DNA of 64,000 bases from Terriglobia bacterium (lineage in GTDB: Bacteria; Acidobacteriota; Polarisedimenticolia; Polarisedimenticolales; JAIQFR01), in contig CAVVHE010000009.1 of NCBI GenBank assembly GCA_963748015.1, positions 320,001 through 384,000 of the forward strand. The letters are read 5' to 3'. How positions within the stretch are numbered: position 1 is the stretch's first letter; each line of letters opens with the position of its first letter. Under the pieces are notes generated by a model. It was not told the DNA's origin. It worked only from the letters and a program-made list of their open reading frames with translations, and searched no databases. Positions 1 through 10,507 of this stretch are shown piece after piece. The position numbers and the translations under genes are program-made.

Positions 1-84
1 GGCAAGAAGGACAGCCCGGACAAGAAGGATCAGAGTCCCGACAAGCCCACGACCCAGGGACAGAAGGAAGGGACTCGCCAGTAG
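1..84 (+). CDS. 3' end of a CDS entering from outside the window (low-complexity K/D/P/Q tail)
   Basis: Frame 1 reads GKKDSPDKKDQSPDKPTTQGQKEGTRQ then TAG at 82-84. A hairpin follows. Confidence 0.5.
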   Translation, partial: GKKDSPDKKDQSPDKPTTQGQKEGTRQ

Positions 85-102
85 ATGACCGTCGGTGCTC
101 AT

Positions 103-139
103 CATCGGGCTCGTCGCGACACCCGCGACGGGCCCGGTG
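103..139 (+). terminator. Stem-loop, possible terminator or mRNA-stabilising hairpin
   Basis: 16-bp stem CATCGGGCTCGTCGCG / CGCGACGGGCCCGGTG with two G-U pairs and a 5-nt loop, just after a stop codon. No U-tract. Confidence 0.35.
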
Positions 140-231
140 TCGTGCCCCAAGCCCGCCCAACGGTAGCGGGGCACCCACGCAAATCCGACCTCGAATCAGC
201 GAGGTCGCCGAATCAGCTGTGACGTGCCGAC

Positions 232-2787
232 ATGTCAACGCAGACCCCTCTCCAAGGACCTTTGGAAGATGCCTCCCACCGAGAGCGCTGGCGGGGCCGG
301 AGCGACGCGGGCATCTCGGACCCTCGGTCCGCTCCCCGCGGCGCCTTGCTGGCCGGGCTCTTGCGGCTTGCGTGGTCGCACCGCGCCATGTGTCTCGTGA
401 CCCCGCCTCTGGCGCTGCTCTTGTTCCTCGCCGCGGGCCTCGTCCACCACGTCTACTTCGACCGGATCGGCCTTCCCGACCTCGAGTCCTTCCTCCGTTT
501 CGAGCCCCCCAGGATCGGCGAGATCTACGACGACCGGGGCAAGGTCCTGATTCAGATGGCGCGGGAGTACCGCCGGGTGGTCTCCTACGACGAGGTACCC
601 GGCATCGTGCGCGAGGCCATCCTGGCCGCCGAAGACAAGAACTTCTTTTCCCACTCCGGCGTGGAATATCGCGCGCTGCCGCGGGTGGTTCAGAAAACAG
701 TCGTGCATTCGCTGGGCGCGTGGTGGAAGGGCGATGGATTCCGGGCGCTCTTCCCCCAGGGAGGCTCGACGCTCACGCAACAGCTCGTCCGCGGCTACTT
801 CCTCCAGGACCTGACGATCCGCGAGAACAGCGCGCTCCTCGTCTCCGCCGGACCGACCGCGCGACTCGTCTCGGCGGTCCTGGGCGTTCGAATCACGAAC
901 AAGTTCCTCCGGAAGATGGAGGAGGTCCGCCTGTCGCTCTGGCTCGAGGAGGAAATGCGCCGGCGATTCGGATCGCTCGACCGGGCCAAGCGCGAGATCT
1001 TCGCCCGCTACGCCAGCTTCATCTATCTGGGCAACGGCCGCTACGGGTTCGCTGCCGCCTCGGAGTATTACTTCGGCAGGCCGCTGTCGAGCTACACCTC
1101 GGAGGACGCGGGGAATGCGGCCCTGCTGGCGGGGATCAGCAAGTCGCCCGGAGTCTACGCTCCGGTGCCCGGGGATGCGCGGCCCCTGCGCCGCCGCAAC
1201 GCGATCCTGGCCCTCATGGCGCGCAATGGAAGCATCTCCGATGGCCTCGCGAAGCGCTGCCAGGCCGAGCCGGTCCGCGTAACGGCACGCAGCGGGGTCG
1301 AGACCGACGCTCCTGCCGCAGTTGCGAACGTCCTCGAGGAGCTGAAGCAGCACGGAGGGAGCCGTTTCGGGGTCGAAGACCTGCTCCAGGGGCGGATCTC
1401 GGTTCGCTCCACGGTGGACGCCCGGGCGCAGACCATCGTGAACGAAGCGCTGGAAGACGGCCTAGCCCTGTACGAGAAGCGGCACCGCAAATCGAAGGGG
1501 CTGATCCAGGGATCGGTGGTGGTGCTGCGCAACGCGGACGCCGCGATCCTCGCAGAGGCGGGAGGGCGACAGGTCTTCAAGGAACGCTCCGCGCGATACT
1601 CCGACCTGAACCGCGTCACGGGCTCGTTGCGGCAGCCGGGCTCCGCGTGGAAGCCGATGGTGTACCTGGCCGCGTTCCGCCAGGGGCTCGACCTCGACAC
1701 GGCGGTGCCCGACGAGCCCATCGAGGTGCCCCTGGGCGACGACCGCGGGGTGAAGTGGATCGCCAACTACGACAACGAGTTCAGGGGGATGATCCCGGTT
1801 CGCCAGGCCCTGGCCGAGTCCCGCAACGCGGTGGCCGTGTGGATCGCCCGCGAGATCGGCGTGGACGAGGTGAACCGGACCGCCCGGCAGCTGGGAATCC
1901 GCACGCCGCTGCAGCGGTACATCAGCACGGCGCTGGGTGCGTCGGAGGTGCGGCTTCTGGAGCTGGCGGGGGCCTATCGCGCCATGGCGTCAGGGGTGCT
2001 GGCGGAGCCCCACGTCATCGCCCGGGTGACCGACGCCTCCGGTGGGATGGTGCTCTACGAAGCTTCCCGGACCGCGCAGGACATCGGCTCGGACGGGCCG
2101 AGCTCCGCCGAGTTGAGCCTGATCCAGGAGGGGCTGCGCGGGGTGGTCCGGCTGCCGGATGGCACGGCCCACGCGCTCGACAGCTTCAACTTCCCGATCC
2201 CGGTGATGGGCAAGACCGGAACGACGAGCGACTTCCGCGACGCGCTGTTCGTCGGATCCACCTACGGGCGGCAGGGGATCACGGTGGCGGTCCGCATCGG
2301 CTTCGACGACAACCGCGCGCTCGGCGAGAGGGAAACCGGTTCGCGCGCCGCGCTGCCGATCTTCCGCGAAATCATGCTCCGCCTCTACCAAGAACGGTTG
2401 GTGGGGCCCGTGCCGCAGTTCCCCTGCGAGATCGAGGGGCGGATCGACCAGTACCTGGCGATGCAAGCCGAACGGGAAGCGGGGCATGACGAGCGGCTGC
2501 CCATCCTCGAGGTCGGACTTACCTCTCTCCCGCGGCGTTTCCGGATTCCAGGATCGTCCTGCGTCGTTCGGCATGCACCTCTTCGGCGACGGCCGCCCTC
2601 GCGCCGGAGCGCTGAGCTGAACCGCTGCCAGGAAGCTCCCGACGATCGTCTCGGAAAGCACGCCGTCGCGGTCGCGACGTTTGCACCCTCGCCTCCGATC
2701 CCGCGGGTAGGGATACACCCCATGGGCGGATGGATGCCGGTGACGAATGATGAAGATTGCCTGCAACGGAAACGGTCGTCGAGGTGA
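232..2787 (+). CDS. Class A penicillin-binding protein (PBP1A family transglycosylase-transpeptidase)
   Basis: N-terminal TM segment. GT51 motifs AAEDKNFFSHSG, GGSTLTQQL and RKMEE. Transpeptidase motifs SAWK (SxxK), SRN (SxN) and KTGT. The last ~100 aa are non-conserved. Confidence 0.9.
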   Translation: MSTQTPLQGPLEDASHRERWRGRSDAGISDPRSAPRGALLAGLLRLAWSHRAMCLVTPPLALLLFLAAGLVHHVYFDRIGLPDLESFLRFEPPRIGEIYDDRGKVLIQMAREYRRVVSYDEVPGIVREAILAAEDKNFFSHSGVEYRALPRVVQKTVVHSLGAWWKGDGFRALFPQGGSTLTQQLVRGYFLQDLTIRENSALLVSAGPTARLVSAVLGVRITNKFLRKMEEVRLSLWLEEEMRRRFGSLDRAKREIFARYASFIYLGNGRYGFAAASEYYFGRPLSSYTSEDAGNAALLAGISKSPGVYAPVPGDARPLRRRNAILALMARNGSISDGLAKRCQAEPVRVTARSGVETDAPAAVANVLEELKQHGGSRFGVEDLLQGRISVRSTVDARAQTIVNEALEDGLALYEKRHRKSKGLIQGSVVVLRNADAAILAEAGGRQVFKERSARYSDLNRVTGSLRQPGSAWKPMVYLAAFRQGLDLDTAVPDEPIEVPLGDDRGVKWIANYDNEFRGMIPVRQALAESRNAVAVWIAREIGVDEVNRTARQLGIRTPLQRYISTALGASEVRLLELAGAYRAMASGVLAEPHVIARVTDASGGMVLYEASRTAQDIGSDGPSSAELSLIQEGLRGVVRLPDGTAHALDSFNFPIPVMGKTGTTSDFRDALFVGSTYGRQGITVAVRIGFDDNRALGERETGSRAALPIFREIMLRLYQERLVGPVPQFPCEIEGRIDQYLAMQAEREAGHDERLPILEVGLTSLPRRFRIPGSSCVVRHAPLRRRPPSRRSAELNRCQEAPDDRLGKHAVAVATFAPSPPIPRVGIHPMGGWMPVTNDEDCLQRKRSSR

Positions 2788-3062
2788 CCCATGAGTTCTG
2801 GATCCGCACCCAAGTCGATCGGGTGGTCCCATGGATCCGCCGCGATCTCGCCAAGTCCCGAGACCCACGAGGCACGAGCGAGCTTCCGGCCGGCCGAGAG
2901 ACCCGGCCGCAGAGCGGTTCAAGCCGGACTCGATAGGCTGGATCTCTGCGAGAGCCACGATCAAATCCGCAGGAGTGTTCCGCGTCGGCGTGAACGCCTG
3001 CTTCTCGAACGACGTTACGAGTGACTCCGCGTCGAATGCGTGGAGCAAAGGAGCAAACGAAA

Positions 3063-3782
3063 ATGCGAAGACAGAACGGTTGGCGCGCGTCGCCCATGGT
3101 CGTCCTTTTGCTGCTCACCGGTCTTCTAGCCGCGTGCGGCGGTTCCAACGACGTGATCAACCCGCCTGGCGGCGGTTCCGGGCAACCCGTGAGCCTCGGC
3201 AAGGCCGGCACTTTCAGCGTTCTCGCCGGTCAATCGGTCTCGAACAGCGGTGCGACGATGATCACCGGGGATCTTGGAATCTGGCCGGGCAACACGCTGA
3301 CGGGAGCTCCGTCCGTATCCGGGGCGACCCAGCTCGGCGACGCGACCGCTCAGGGTGCCCAGGGCGACTTGACCGCCGCGTACGACAACGCGGCCGGACG
3401 AGCCGCAGGAAGCACGATCGCGGGCGACCTGGGCGGCCTCATCCTTGCCCCGGGCGTGTACAAGTCCACTTCGACGCTCGAGATCACGTCGGCGGACGTC
3501 ACGCTCGATGCCGGGGGCAACTCGAACGCGGTATGGGTCTTCCAGATCGCTTCCTCGCTCACGGTGGGCGTCGGTCGCCAAGTCATCCTGAGCGGCGGCG
3601 CACAAGCCTCCCGTATCACCTGGCAAGTCGGCAGCTCCGCGACGCTCGACACGAATTCCCATGTCGCGGGGAACATCCTCGCTTTGACGACGGTCTCGAT
3701 GGGTACCGGCGCATCGCTGGACGGACGGGCGATGGCCCGGAACGGGTCGGTGACGCTCCTGTCCAATACGATCACCCCGTGA
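3063..3782 (+). CDS. DUF3494 (ice-binding-like) lipoprotein
   Basis: AGGAG before ATG 3063. Lipobox LLAAC. DUF3494 motifs FSVLAG..ITGDLG, LGGLILAPGVY, VTLDAGGNSNAVWVFQI, WQVGSSATL, GNILA and GRAMA. Confidence 0.85.
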   Translation: MRRQNGWRASPMVVLLLLTGLLAACGGSNDVINPPGGGSGQPVSLGKAGTFSVLAGQSVSNSGATMITGDLGIWPGNTLTGAPSVSGATQLGDATAQGAQGDLTAAYDNAAGRAAGSTIAGDLGGLILAPGVYKSTSTLEITSADVTLDAGGNSNAVWVFQIASSLTVGVGRQVILSGGAQASRITWQVGSSATLDTNSHVAGNILALTTVSMGTGASLDGRAMARNGSVTLLSNTITP

Positions 3783-4138
3783 CGCAAGAGGCGCTCTCGG
3801 GCAGGCGGCAGGGACAGCGGAGCAGAGCCGCCGCCGAGCGGAGGGCTGGCGAGGCAGGCGCCCCGGCGGCGGCGCGGACGATTTTCCCCGCGGCTAGGTC
3901 GGCCATCCCCGGGGTCCGAGCCCGGTGCGATGAACGGGTCGCGGTCGGCTCCAGGTAGGGTTATGCCCCATCGCTATCGCTCCACCCGCGGAATACCATG
4001 ATTTCCGAGTCAGAAGGCAGCTGGCTTCGGATCCCGCGCGGTCCTTGTTTCCATCGCTACCGTAATCCTTGTGCGGGCGCGGTGCGGGATCCCAGGTAAC
4101 AAATCACCAGCAAGGTAAGAAAGGAATGGCACCCAGCC

Positions 4139-4858
4139 ATGCGAACCCGATTCATCACGATTCCGCTCGGACTCCTCCTCCTGGCCCTCCCCGCGGCGGC
4201 CACCACCGGTCTTACGAAGCACGATAAGGCGACGCTGCAGGACGCCACGGTGGTCCTCGACGCCCTCACGACCGCCCCCGACAAGGGCATTCCGCAGGAG
4301 CTCCTCGCGAAGGCCGACTGCATCCTGATTTTCCCCGGCCTGACCAAGGGCGCTTTCATCGTGGGGGGCGAAGGTGGTCGCGGCGTCGCCTCGTGCCGGC
4401 AGCCCAACGGGAAGATGGGCTCCGCCGCGTTCTACACCGTCGGGGGAGCGAGCATCGGCTTCCAGGTCGGCGGCCAGTCGGCCGACGTCGTGATGCTCAT
4501 CATGAACGAGAGTGGAATCAACCACCTCCTCGAGGACAAGTTCACGATCGGCGGCGAGGCCACCGCGACCGCCGGCCCGGTGGGACGCACGGCCCAAGCG
4601 GCGACGGACGCGCAGCTGCACGCGCAGATCCTCTCCTGGTCCCGGTCGCAGGGCCTCTTCATCGGCGCGGCCCTCGAAGGTACGGTGGTGAAGCCGAACA
4701 AGGACGCCAACGCGCGCCTCTACGGCGAGGAGACTTCCGGGAAGGCGATCCTGGTGAACTCGAAGCTCGACGTCCCCGCCTCGGCCCAACCCTTCGTGGC
4801 TTCGATCCGCAGTCACATGGCGGCGGCCGTCGCGCAGGAGCAGGCAGAGAAAAGGTGA
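4139..4858 (+). CDS. SYLF/Ysc84 lipid-binding domain secreted protein
   Basis: Signal peptide. Motifs IPQELLAKADC, KGAFIVGGEGGRG, GASIGFQVGGQSADVV, AGPVGR and SRSQGLFIGAALEG. Confidence 0.88.
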   Translation: MRTRFITIPLGLLLLALPAAATTGLTKHDKATLQDATVVLDALTTAPDKGIPQELLAKADCILIFPGLTKGAFIVGGEGGRGVASCRQPNGKMGSAAFYTVGGASIGFQVGGQSADVVMLIMNESGINHLLEDKFTIGGEATATAGPVGRTAQAATDAQLHAQILSWSRSQGLFIGAALEGTVVKPNKDANARLYGEETSGKAILVNSKLDVPASAQPFVASIRSHMAAAVAQEQAEKR

Positions 4859-5041
4859 GCGGTGTCCCGTAGGGTCCCTGTGTCCATCGCTCGCGTTCTC
4901 ACCGTCACTTGCTGAGCTCTAGACTGTCGGCTCGCTTCCGGAACGGCCGGGAGCGAGCCGCGTTTCTTTCCGCCGACGCTTCTCGGTCTGATCTCGCCGG
5001 TTGATGGTCGCATCGACGCGACGGTCGCCGCGCTGACGCCT

Positions 5042-5142
5042 ACTTGCGCCTACGCCCTCGGACAGACCAAGCGCCGCTACGGCGTCGTCGTCAGGGTGTG
5101 CATCGGCGTCGGGCAGGGGATCGCGCTGGTCCTGGAGGCCGT
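5042..5142 (+). pseudogene. Remnant of a thiolase C-terminus (PaaJ/PcaF-like)
   Basis: Reads TCAYALGQTKRRYGVVVRVCIGVGQGIALVLEAV, matching the thiolase C-terminal CIGxGQG motif. No thiolase body lies upstream. Confidence 0.55.
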
Positions 5143-5335
5143 CCAGATCCTAGGTTTTGCCGGGGGACCGGCGCGAGGCCATTCCGGGGCTCCCGCCTTT
5201 CGCCTCCGCCTCGGGCGTTCTGGAGCCAAGGCAACAAATACAGCGATCAAATTTGACCATAAGCCAAGACGCCGGTACCTTCCCGTCGTCGCACGCCGGG
5301 GCAGATACCTGGCGGAGCAGAAGCCAGGAGGGCCC

Positions 5336-5884
5336 ATGAAGCGGTTCATGACGCTGCTCGCGGGGTGCCTGATCGCCTGCTCGTTCTCGACGGGGGCGGC
5401 GGCGGGCGAGGGGGAATGGAAGTTCGGCACCGAGTTCGACCTGGTGCCCTATCTGAACGACGGCTACTACCTCTCGGTCATCGTGGGGAAGGGGCGCCTG
5501 CGGGGACGAATCGTCCGGACCGAGTTGACGACGCCGAGCTTCGTCACGGACGACGACTTCGAGGACAACGATCTGGTCGTGAATGCCGCCATCGTCGACG
5601 TCTACTTCAAGGACGGCTTCTCGGGTTGGTGGGTGGGTCCCGGCCTCGAGCGCTGGGAAGGGGACGTCACCGAGAAAGCCTCCGGCGTCCGCCAGAGCTA
5701 CGGTACGAACATCCTCACCCTGGGCGGGGGCTACACGTGGAGGTTCGCCAAGCACTTCTACCTCAACCCCTGGGCGGCGGTGCACATTCCCATCGGCGGG
5801 GACAGGGACGTGGCCTTCCCGTCCGCAGTCTTCGAGATCGACGCGACGCCGGAGGCGTCCATCAAGCTCGGAATCGAGTTCTAG
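5336..5884 (+). CDS. Secreted, probable outer-membrane beta-barrel protein
   Basis: GGAGG then ATG 5336. Signal peptide, amphipathic strands and a terminal aromatic residue (KLGIEF). Confidence 0.65.
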   Translation: MKRFMTLLAGCLIACSFSTGAAAGEGEWKFGTEFDLVPYLNDGYYLSVIVGKGRLRGRIVRTELTTPSFVTDDDFEDNDLVVNAAIVDVYFKDGFSGWWVGPGLERWEGDVTEKASGVRQSYGTNILTLGGGYTWRFAKHFYLNPWAAVHIPIGGDRDVAFPSAVFEIDATPEASIKLGIEF

Positions 5885-6013
5885 CTCGAGGCTCTTGAGC
5901 CGCAGGCGCCTGGCCTCGCGGTGGCCCGGCGGCGAGCAGCTCGACTTCCTTCCCCCTTCCTCCAAGGACTCCACTGCGGTACGCTCCGGCATCACTCGAG
6001 CGCGGGAGGGTCC

Positions 6014-7642
6014 ATGCGTCATCCGGGCCGAATCGTCGCCGCAGGCGTCGGGTTCCTTGCGGCGACCGCGGTCCTTGCGAAGGAAGGGCGAGCCCTCGCC
6101 CTCCGGCACGTCGGGCTCGATCTCCCGGCCGCTCCCGCCGCGATCGTCTCCGCGGATCTCGACGGCGACGGCCGCAAGGACCTTCTCGTCGTCGTCGCCT
6201 ACACGGACTGGGGATCGTTCGGCGAGGACCGCATCGAGGGCCTGACGCAGGTGGCGGTCGTCGTGCCCGCGCTCTTCGCGCGGCGCGAGGCGCGGGCGTA
6301 TCTGGCGGCGGACGACGGGAGCTACAAGCCGGCGGGGGCGCCGTTCGAGCTGCCGGTTTCGGTGCTCGCGGTCGCGGCGGGACCGCCCGGGATCCCGGTG
6401 GTCGCGCTGAGCGACGAGGGGATCGAGAGATTCCGGTTCGTTCGCGACGACCGGGGAGACAGGCTCGCCCTGGAGTCGCTCGTCGCGGATCCTCCGGTCA
6501 CCGCCGGCTCCGCGGTTCTTCTCGGAGGTCTCGACTTCGTCCGCGACCTGGACGGCGACGGGACGGCGGACGTGATGTTCCCCGCGCGCGACGGGATCGC
6601 GGTCTACCGCGGCGACGGGACCGCAATCGAGGCGCGGGCCGCCTCGCGGATCGCGATGCCGGGCGACGTGCGCGCGTGCGGCGATCGGGGGTTCCGCTCG
6701 TACCCGCTCCCCGAGACCGCGGACCTCGACGGCGACGGCATCCCCGACCTGCTCGTCCGCACGCGAGAGACGCCTCCGCGCCTCTTCGTCCTGAAGGGGC
6801 GGGGGCACGGGGCGTTCGGGGCGCCGGAACAAGTTCGTCTCGGCTGTCTCGACCTCGGCCGCGCGGAGGGGAAGGAGGGCCGGGACCGCGACGACGTGCG
6901 CGAGCTGGCGTTCTTCGGCGGCCTCGAGGGGCAGGGGCGGCTCGCGGCGGTCACGACCGCGCAGCTCGACTCGGGAAGCGGGGAGCTCAAACAAGGAAAG
7001 GAGCCGCACTTCAAGTATCGCTTTCACCGCGTCGGCGCGGACCTGCGCATCGAGCCGGCTCCCTACCAGGAGGTCGAGGTCGTCGGCTATCCGGTCGGCG
7101 ATCTCTTCGGCGACGAGGAAACAGGAGGATTCCGAGATCTCGACGGGGACGGCCGGAAGGACCTCGTCACGGTGACGCTCGATTTCTCGGTGTTCCAGCT
7201 CGTCCGGGTCGTCGCGACCAAGAAGATCTCCATCGGCTTCGCGTTCCACGTGTGGGCGCAGGGAGCGGATGGAAGGTTCCGCGAGGTCACGGGTCAGGCA
7301 CTCGACGACCGGTTCACGTTCGACCTCAACGATCTCCGGTTCGATCGCCTCTCCGAGATCGCGGGGGACCTGGACGGAGACGGGAAGCTCGACTTCGTGC
7401 GCCTGGGCGGCGGGAAGACGGTCGAGATCCGCCGCGGCGGACCGGGCTGCCGATTCTCGTCGAAGGTCGATCTGAAGATCGATCTGGAGGACGAGCTGGC
7501 GGACGTGTCCCAGGTTAGGATTCGCGACCTGGACGGCGACGGCCGCGCCGATCTCTCCCTCGTGAGGCCGCTCCCCTCGCCCGAGGCGGGAGTCTCGCTC
7601 CCGGTCCGGCTCGATCTGTACCTCAGCGGAGGCGCACGATGA
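6014..7642 (+). CDS. FG-GAP/VCBS repeat secreted protein
   Basis: GGAGG then ATG 6014. Signal peptide and repeated DLDGDGxxD motifs. Confidence 0.8.
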   Translation: MRHPGRIVAAGVGFLAATAVLAKEGRALALRHVGLDLPAAPAAIVSADLDGDGRKDLLVVVAYTDWGSFGEDRIEGLTQVAVVVPALFARREARAYLAADDGSYKPAGAPFELPVSVLAVAAGPPGIPVVALSDEGIERFRFVRDDRGDRLALESLVADPPVTAGSAVLLGGLDFVRDLDGDGTADVMFPARDGIAVYRGDGTAIEARAASRIAMPGDVRACGDRGFRSYPLPETADLDGDGIPDLLVRTRETPPRLFVLKGRGHGAFGAPEQVRLGCLDLGRAEGKEGRDRDDVRELAFFGGLEGQGRLAAVTTAQLDSGSGELKQGKEPHFKYRFHRVGADLRIEPAPYQEVEVVGYPVGDLFGDEETGGFRDLDGDGRKDLVTVTLDFSVFQLVRVVATKKISIGFAFHVWAQGADGRFREVTGQALDDRFTFDLNDLRFDRLSEIAGDLDGDGKLDFVRLGGGKTVEIRRGGPGCRFSSKVDLKIDLEDELADVSQVRIRDLDGDGRADLSLVRPLPSPEAGVSLPVRLDLYLSGGAR

Positions 7643-9258
7643 AGCGCGCGGCGTGGGTCCTGATGGCGCTCGCCGCCGCCGCACCGTCTTCGTACGCGAA
7701 GAAGGCGCCTCCTCCCGCGCCCGCGCCTCCGCCCGGGGAAGGCGTTCGCGTGGAGCGCCTCGAGGGAGGGACCCGGCTGGAAGCGGTGCTTCCGGGCTGG
7801 CTGCGGGGCTACGCCTTGCCGCTCCGCGCGGACGGGACGCGCGACGTCGTGCTCCTCGTGGGAGCGGTGTGGCCGACTTCCTCGAGGAAACAGGACGAGA
7901 AGCAGCAGGCGGAGGCGCCGCCCTGCGACGGCGCCGACCCCTTCGAGGCGGCCCGCGCCGCTCCGACCAATCTGCTACGACTGGATCCCACCGGGAGCAA
8001 TCCGCTCGAGGTCCTTCGAGACGACCTCCCGGCGGACTCGTGGCGCCTCGACGCCTTCGACGTCGACGGCGACGGGGCCGAGGAGCTGCTGCTCTTCGCG
8101 AACGGCGAGATTCGCGTGTTCCGGGACGCCGACGGGAAGCGCTTCGCGAAAGGGCCCGAGCCCCTCGTCTCCGACTCCGCCCTCGGCCACGGCGCGCGCG
8201 AGCCGAGGATCGTCCGCTCCCCCTCCGCCGCCGGGGCCCTCCTGTCGGTCGCGACCGCGGACGGCCTCCACGCGTACGGCCGTCTCCCGGACGGCCGGTT
8301 CGGCCTCGTGTCGAGCACGCCCCTGCCGCTCTCGACGTGGCTCGAGTACGGCAGCCTCCGGGTCCAGACGGCGGTCGTGACGGAGCTGGGCGGGGCCCGG
8401 GGCGGCTCTCCGCTGCACGCGGCGAGCGGCGACGGGAGCGACGAGGTCCGCGCGGACCGGCTCCGGTCGTTCCTCATCGAGCCTTCAGCGCCGCCGGGGA
8501 GCCGCTCGGTCGAGTGCTGGTCGAAGCTCCCGGCGAGGGAGCGGCTCCACGACCGCGCCTACAGCCTGCTCGACGGACGGCCCGCGATGATGGTGACGAC
8601 CACGCCCGCGGACAAGCTCAAGATCTTCGGCGAGAAGTCGCTTCGCCTCTTCCTGCTCGAGGAGGATCGGACGAAGGTCGGGAAGCCGCCGCTTCTCGCC
8701 GCGGACATCGGCGCGAGCCTCTGGCAGCCGGTCGAGCCCTCGCTCCTCGACGTCGACGGCGACGGCCGGACGGATCTCGTCGTCGCGTACTGGAAGGGTC
8801 TGAAGAAGGATGCCGTGGAGCTGGACGCGTTCCTGCGGAAGGAGGACGGGAGCTTTGACCCTTCGCCCAAAGCGACGACGATCGACGCGAAGGACGGCGA
8901 TCGGACGTTCCTCGAGTACGGCCGCGATCTCGACGGGAACGGGGTGGCGGATCTCCTGCTGATCGCGGGAGGGAAGATCCACTTGTTTCCCGGCGCGAGG
9001 AAGGCACCCGCGGGGAAGGACATCGTCGCCTCGACGCCGCGCTACGTCTTCCCGATGCCTTCGTTCGCGGCGTCGAGCGGGACGGTGGTCGCGAGCCTCG
9101 GATCGGGCGGCGTGTCGGCGTGGACGGAGCGCGATCGGGCCGGGATCCCGCGCCCCGTCGACCTCGACGGCGACGGGCGGCTCGAGATCCTCGTCGCGGC
9201 CTTCCTCGAGGACGGGAGGAGCGCGTTCGTGATCTTCCGGCTCGCCTCCCCGGACTAG
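7639..9258 (+). CDS. FG-GAP/VCBS repeat secreted protein
   Basis: ATGA overlap with the upstream gene. Signal peptide and D(L/V)DG(D/N)G repeats. Confidence 0.8.
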   Translation: MKRAAWVLMALAAAAPSSYAKKAPPPAPAPPPGEGVRVERLEGGTRLEAVLPGWLRGYALPLRADGTRDVVLLVGAVWPTSSRKQDEKQQAEAPPCDGADPFEAARAAPTNLLRLDPTGSNPLEVLRDDLPADSWRLDAFDVDGDGAEELLLFANGEIRVFRDADGKRFAKGPEPLVSDSALGHGAREPRIVRSPSAAGALLSVATADGLHAYGRLPDGRFGLVSSTPLPLSTWLEYGSLRVQTAVVTELGGARGGSPLHAASGDGSDEVRADRLRSFLIEPSAPPGSRSVECWSKLPARERLHDRAYSLLDGRPAMMVTTTPADKLKIFGEKSLRLFLLEEDRTKVGKPPLLAADIGASLWQPVEPSLLDVDGDGRTDLVVAYWKGLKKDAVELDAFLRKEDGSFDPSPKATTIDAKDGDRTFLEYGRDLDGNGVADLLLIAGGKIHLFPGARKAPAGKDIVASTPRYVFPMPSFAASSGTVVASLGSGGVSAWTERDRAGIPRPVDLDGDGRLEILVAAFLEDGRSAFVIFRLASPD

Positions 9259-9391
9259 CGCGCCTTCTCCGCCAAGCCGGCAGCGGCGCGCCGACGACGG
9301 ATGAACCTGATATCTCGTCGAGCGACGAGAAGTCCCACTTGAAGGTTCCTTCCGCGCCGAACCCCGCCGGGGACGACGACGATGACACGCC

Positions 9392-10300
9392 TCAGCGGTT
9401 GGCGAAGACGCCGGCGACGCCCGCGAGGATGAGCGCGGTGCCCGCGAGCGTCCACGCGGTGACCGGCTCGTGGAGCAGGAACCAGCCCAGCAGCACCGCC
9501 ACCACGGGATTCACGTAGGCGTAGGTGGTCACGATGCGGGTTGGGAGGGCGCGCAGGGCCTTCAGGAAGGAGGTGAAGGCCAGGACCGAGCCGAAGAGCG
9601 CGAGATACCCCCACGCGAGCCAGGCCTCCTTCGCCGCGAAGGGCGGCGGGGGCCTCTCGCCCAGGATCCTTGCCGTGACGGCGAAACCGGCCCCCCCGAG
9701 CAGCTGCTGGAAGCCGGATGTGACCCTGGGCGACAGGGTCAAGGGACGGCGGTGATAGAGAATCGTCCCCGCTCCCCAGGAGAGCGGCGCGACGACGAGA
9801 GCCGCCACCGCCCAGGTGTCCGCGCGGGAACCCGCGCGAAGCACGGGAACGGTGAGAGTCGCCAGGCCGGCGAAGCCGATGAGGAGCGACCCCGCGAAGC
9901 GCGCCGAGGGCGCCCGGCGGTCGAGCAGGGCCTCGATGGCCGCGACCCACAGGGGCGTCGTGCCGATGAGCAGCGCGGTGTAGCCCGAGTCGAGCCGCGT
10001 TTCCGCCCAGTTCACCAGGCCGTTTCCGCCGACCCACATGAGCAGGCCGGTGGCCAGGAGGATGGCCGCTTCCCGCCGCGTCGGGAGAAGCCTCTCGCTC
10101 CGCGCAGCGGCCCAGAGGAGGAGAATGATTCCGCCGACCGCGACGCGGAGGGCGCCCAGCGTGAAGGGGGCGAAGCCTGCGTCGCCGCGCACGGCCACCC
10201 GTATCGCCAGGTAAGTGCTCCCCCAGACGAGGTAGATGACCCCGAGGTGGGCGAGCCCGGCGACGGGAAGGTCCCGCGAGGCCAGGCGGACGGTGCGCAC
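9392..10300 (-). CDS. EamA/DMT family transporter
   Basis: About 10 TM segments. Motifs IYLVWGSTYLAIR, YLALFGSVLAF and TYAYVNPVVAVLLGW. Confidence 0.9.
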   Translation of the reverse strand: MRTVRLASRDLPVAGLAHLGVIYLVWGSTYLAIRVAVRGDAGFAPFTLGALRVAVGGIILLLWAAARSERLLPTRREAAILLATGLLMWVGGNGLVNWAETRLDSGYTALLIGTTPLWVAAIEALLDRRAPSARFAGSLLIGFAGLATLTVPVLRAGSRADTWAVAALVVAPLSWGAGTILYHRRPLTLSPRVTSGFQQLLGGAGFAVTARILGERPPPPFAAKEAWLAWGYLALFGSVLAFTSFLKALRALPTRIVTTYAYVNPVVAVLLGWFLLHEPVTAWTLAGTALILAGVAGVFANR

Positions 10301-10330
10301 GAGGACGCACTGTGGCGGCGGCGGGCCGCG

Positions 10331-10360
10331 CTGTCAAGCGCGCCCGTCGCGACTTGACAG
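10331..10360. promoter_or_regulatory. Back-to-back TTGACA -35 boxes of putative divergent promoters
   Basis: CTGTCAAG-N14-CTTGACAG lies between divergent genes. The -10 boxes match consensus poorly. Confidence 0.35.
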
Positions 10361-10507
10361 GCGAGCCGAATCGCCGTACTCGTATCGTCAGTTCGGTGCC
10401 GTTTTCAGCCGGGGGAACCGGGACGGTCGCGCTGTCGAGCGCGGCGCACTGCGAAGCGATCGAAGACCGCCCCGATCCCGCGTCTCGAACGGAAAGGCGG
10501 TGCCGCC

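Noticed and set aside
2490..3024. PBP C-terminal extension and small ORF 2791-3024 as separate functional units
   Set aside because: No motif or RBS support. They may be read-through or degenerate sequence.
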